DNA of 64,000 bases, taken from NCBI GenBank assembly GCA_048937405.1, contig JBHLNF010000004.1, positions 160,001 through 224,000 on the forward strand. The letters run 5' to 3'. The notes under the pieces were generated by a model. That model did not search any database. It saw nothing but the letters and a program-made list of their open reading frames with translations, and had not been told where the DNA came from. Positions 61,762-64,000 of the stretch are shown here, piece after piece; within the stretch, counting starts at the first letter, position 1, and each line of letters begins with the position of its first letter. This DNA is from Promethearchaeota archaeon (lineage in GTDB: Archaea > Asgardarchaeota > Lokiarchaeia > Sigyniarchaeales > SOKP01). Position numbers and translations under genes: made by a program.

Positions 61762-61794
61762 ATAATCGGCTTTTGGATAGAAACATATCCACCT
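61762..61794 (-). other. Non-canonical D-loop tRNA intron (33 nt)
   Basis: GGTC-AA^A...GATT-AT^A BHB geometry; internal GGATA/TATCC hairpin. Confidence 0.85.
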
Positions 61795-61952
61795 TTGACC
61801 AAACTTGGCAATTCCCGCAAAGTTTTTGTTTTTATTCTTAGTTCTTTATATAGTTAACTATTGATTATTCAAAATTGTTAATAATTTTAACGATTTTTAC
61901 TTATATTCATAAGGAATGTAGTATAAAAATAATCCTTCATTCTTATGAGAAA

Positions 61953-62579
61953 ATGGATTCATTAATAGATGCTATCAGAGACCTTCAAAACAGTGAAATA
62001 AAGGATTTGGTAAATAATAGAATTAAAGAGTTTAAAGAGCTGGGGAAAAAACCCATAGAAAGAATATTTAAGGAGCTGTGTTTTTGCATTATGACAGCAA
62101 ACTGCAGTGCTGAGAAATGTATTAAGGTACAAGATAAAATAGGAAATGGTTTCCTTACATTATCCGAAACACAATTACCATTAAGAATGAAAACTGAAAA
62201 ATATAGATTCTATAACATTCGGTCTAAATTTATTATTGAAGCCAGAGAAAAAATGAATCAACTAGAAGATATTATGAAATCCGAGAGTAATGCAAGAAAA
62301 CTAAGGGAATGGATCGTAAGAAATATAAAAGGTATTGGATATAAGGAAGCGAGCCATTTCTTAAGAAATATAGGATATGAGGAATTTGCAATAGTAGATT
62401 TTCACATTGCTGATATTTTAGCAAAACATAATATTGTTGAAAAACCAAAAACAATGACAAAAACAAAGTATCTCGAAATTGAGGAAAGCTTGAAAATTAT
62501 AGGTAATGAAGTAAATTTAAATATGGCCGAATTAGATCTTTATTTATGGTATTTAGAAACAGGAAGGATACTTAAATAA
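61953..62579 (+). CDS. ogg: 8-oxoguanine DNA glycosylase / AP lyase
   Basis: ELCFCIMTAN, RFYNIR, IKGIGYKEASHFLRNIG, AIVDFHI, LDLYLWY..TG.ILK. Confidence 0.93.
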   Translation: MDSLIDAIRDLQNSEIKDLVNNRIKEFKELGKKPIERIFKELCFCIMTANCSAEKCIKVQDKIGNGFLTLSETQLPLRMKTEKYRFYNIRSKFIIEAREKMNQLEDIMKSESNARKLREWIVRNIKGIGYKEASHFLRNIGYEEFAIVDFHIADILAKHNIVEKPKTMTKTKYLEIEESLKIIGNEVNLNMAELDLYLWYLETGRILK

Positions 62580-62682
62580 GAAAATTAACGTTTTAAGGGA
62601 GTGGGGGATTATCTTCAGGTTATTCTCCTTAAGAAAACTTTTAGTTAACAATTTTAAAATATTGGTAAAAAAAAGGATGTTT

Positions 62683-63366
62683 TTAGCTTTTTAAATCATA
62701 TCCACAGCCAGGACAAAATTGAGCTGCAGCATGAGGTATTTTTTCACCACAAGCAGGACAAAACTTAACACTATGAGTCTCTTCAATTGGAGTTGGTTGA
62801 GAGATTGGTTCACTTACCTTAGGTTCTTCTTTACTGATGGGTTTAGTTGCTATTTCCTCGGTACTAGTAATTTTACCGATAATAAATGCTAAAATTGAGA
62901 GTCCACCAGTTATAAATGGAGCAATTACCGCGTAGCTAGGATTAAAAATCCCCCAAAAATTACGAGGGTCATCATAACGGATTAAAAAGTACATCATGTA
63001 CCCTACTTGTGCTCCAACGATATAGTAAATAGTAGCTCCAATAGTTATAATACCTAGTGCTATCCAAGAGCCAGGAGGATCTTTATTTCTATGGGTGAGG
63101 GAGGAGATGAATATAATGATCGTACATATTAATAGAATTATAAAAGATATAGTTCCAACTATTATCAAGATTGGTATATTAGTAAATCCAAATGTGGGAC
63201 CCATCCCTCCTCCAAATACTACATAAAAACCAATCATATACAGAAAAGCTTGACCTGGTCCAGAAAGATTAACAGCCGCAGGAGTGCAAAAGCTAATTGC
63301 TGTAAGGATACTACCAATTAAAGGTAAAATCCAGAGATAATTTCTAACATTTGCCATATCATTCAA
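62683..63366 (-). CDS. Membrane protein with C-terminal double zinc ribbon
   Basis: Several TM segments, then FCPACG...FCPGCG. Confidence 0.8.
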   Translation of the reverse strand: MNDMANVRNYLWILPLIGSILTAISFCTPAAVNLSGPGQAFLYMIGFYVVFGGGMGPTFGFTNIPILIIVGTISFIILLICTIIIFISSLTHRNKDPPGSWIALGIITIGATIYYIVGAQVGYMMYFLIRYDDPRNFWGIFNPSYAVIAPFITGGLSILAFIIGKITSTEEIATKPISKEEPKVSEPISQPTPIEETHSVKFCPACGEKIPHAAAQFCPGCGYDLKS

Positions 63367-63607
63367 CTTATTTATTTAATTTTAATATATTGGAATTAGT
63401 TTTCATATATTATTTATGTGCTGATTTATGTTTATCTTCTTTCTTATTTAATACTTTACTTTCTAGTTTAATATAGGAACAAGTAAAATCCTAATAAATT
63501 TAGATTATACTTGAGGTTTTCAAACACGAGAAAAATTAATAAATGAATGAGTAATTTAGAGTTCCAATGGACATTGTATATAGAAAAATATTATAATAAT
63601 GAATAAA

Positions 63608-64000
63608 ATGAATCCAACTTGTCATAAATGTAATAGTATTAATTTTTGTACCAGAGGAAAGTCAAATCATAATATTAAAAACTGTCCTATGGAAGTAAAC
63701 TCTGAAATTGAGGAAGAAGCGTTAAATCTTTATAAGTCTAATGAATTCATAAAAAAAGCAACAAAAGAGGCTTCTATAGTTGAAGCAACAGGATACATTT
63801 TGTGGCCTCGATTAAAAGATACTATAGAATTTGCTAAAGGAATGAATTTTAGAAAAATAGGTTTAGCCTTTTGTGTTGGATTACAAAGAGAGGCAAAAAG
63901 AACAGCAGAAATCATAGAAAAATATGGTTTTGAGGTATTCTCTGTGTGTTGCAAAACAGGGTCAATGAAAAAAACAGATGTAGGTGTTCCAGAAGAGTAT
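63608..64000 (+). CDS. DUF1847 metal-binding protein (3'-truncated by window edge)
   Basis: CHKC...C...CP, WPRLKDTIEFA, KIGLAFCVGL, SVCCKTG. Confidence 0.85.
   Translation, partial: MNPTCHKCNSINFCTRGKSNHNIKNCPMEVNSEIEEEALNLYKSNEFIKKATKEASIVEATGYILWPRLKDTIEFAKGMNFRKIGLAFCVGLQREAKRTAEIIEKYGFEVFSVCCKTGSMKKTDVGVPEEY

Larger units (their letters stand above)
61679..61818 (-). tRNA. tRNA-Leu(CAG) with two introns (33 nt in the D-loop, 22 nt in the anticodon loop); mature 85 nt, CCA not encoded
   Basis: GCGGGAA/TTCCCGC acceptor stem, GGTCAAAGGCG D-arm after splicing, ATGGG-CTCAGAA-CCCAT, long variable arm, GGGAG-TTCAAAT-CTCCC T-arm. Confidence 0.93.

Noticed and set aside
1945-63954. Many 60-113 aa ORFs overlapping longer genes (e.g. 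1945-2175, 5238-5444, 19723-20043, 31563-31892, 33202-33543, 63730-63954)
   Set aside because: Antisense or alternate-frame shadows of well-supported genes, with no motifs of their own

Overview
AT-rich archaeal DNA whose gene content points to an Asgard archaeon of the Lokiarchaeia type: several Rab/Arf/Rag-like small GTPases, roadblock and longin-like domains, a gelsolin-domain protein and a TIR domain. The centre (about 26.6-46.5 kb) is an isoprenoid/ether-lipid cluster: cis-prenyltransferase (uppS), HMG-CoA synthase, haloarchaeal-type phosphomevalonate decarboxylase, class II HMG-CoA reductase, UbiD, the AcnX pair, UbiX, mevalonate kinase, an IPK-IDI2 fusion, GGPP synthase and a geranylgeranyl reductase. 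The main observation is that mevalonate kinase and uppS are each interrupted inside their first conserved motif by a 30-31 nt hairpin insert carrying an in-frame stop. Both inserts fold with their flanks into relaxed bulge-helix-bulge (BHB) motifs, and cutting at the canonical BHB positions exactly restores GEHF and DGNRRW. They are candidate tRNA-type introns in mRNAs. A tRNA-Leu(CAG) with two BHB introns, one non-canonical, lies in the same window. Also present are a non-autonomous IS607-type element (deleted tnpA, intact tnpB), two orphan DNA methyltransferases, a corrinoid/methyltransferase pair and genes that appear to start at ATT. All calls come from reading motifs by eye; no database searches were run.
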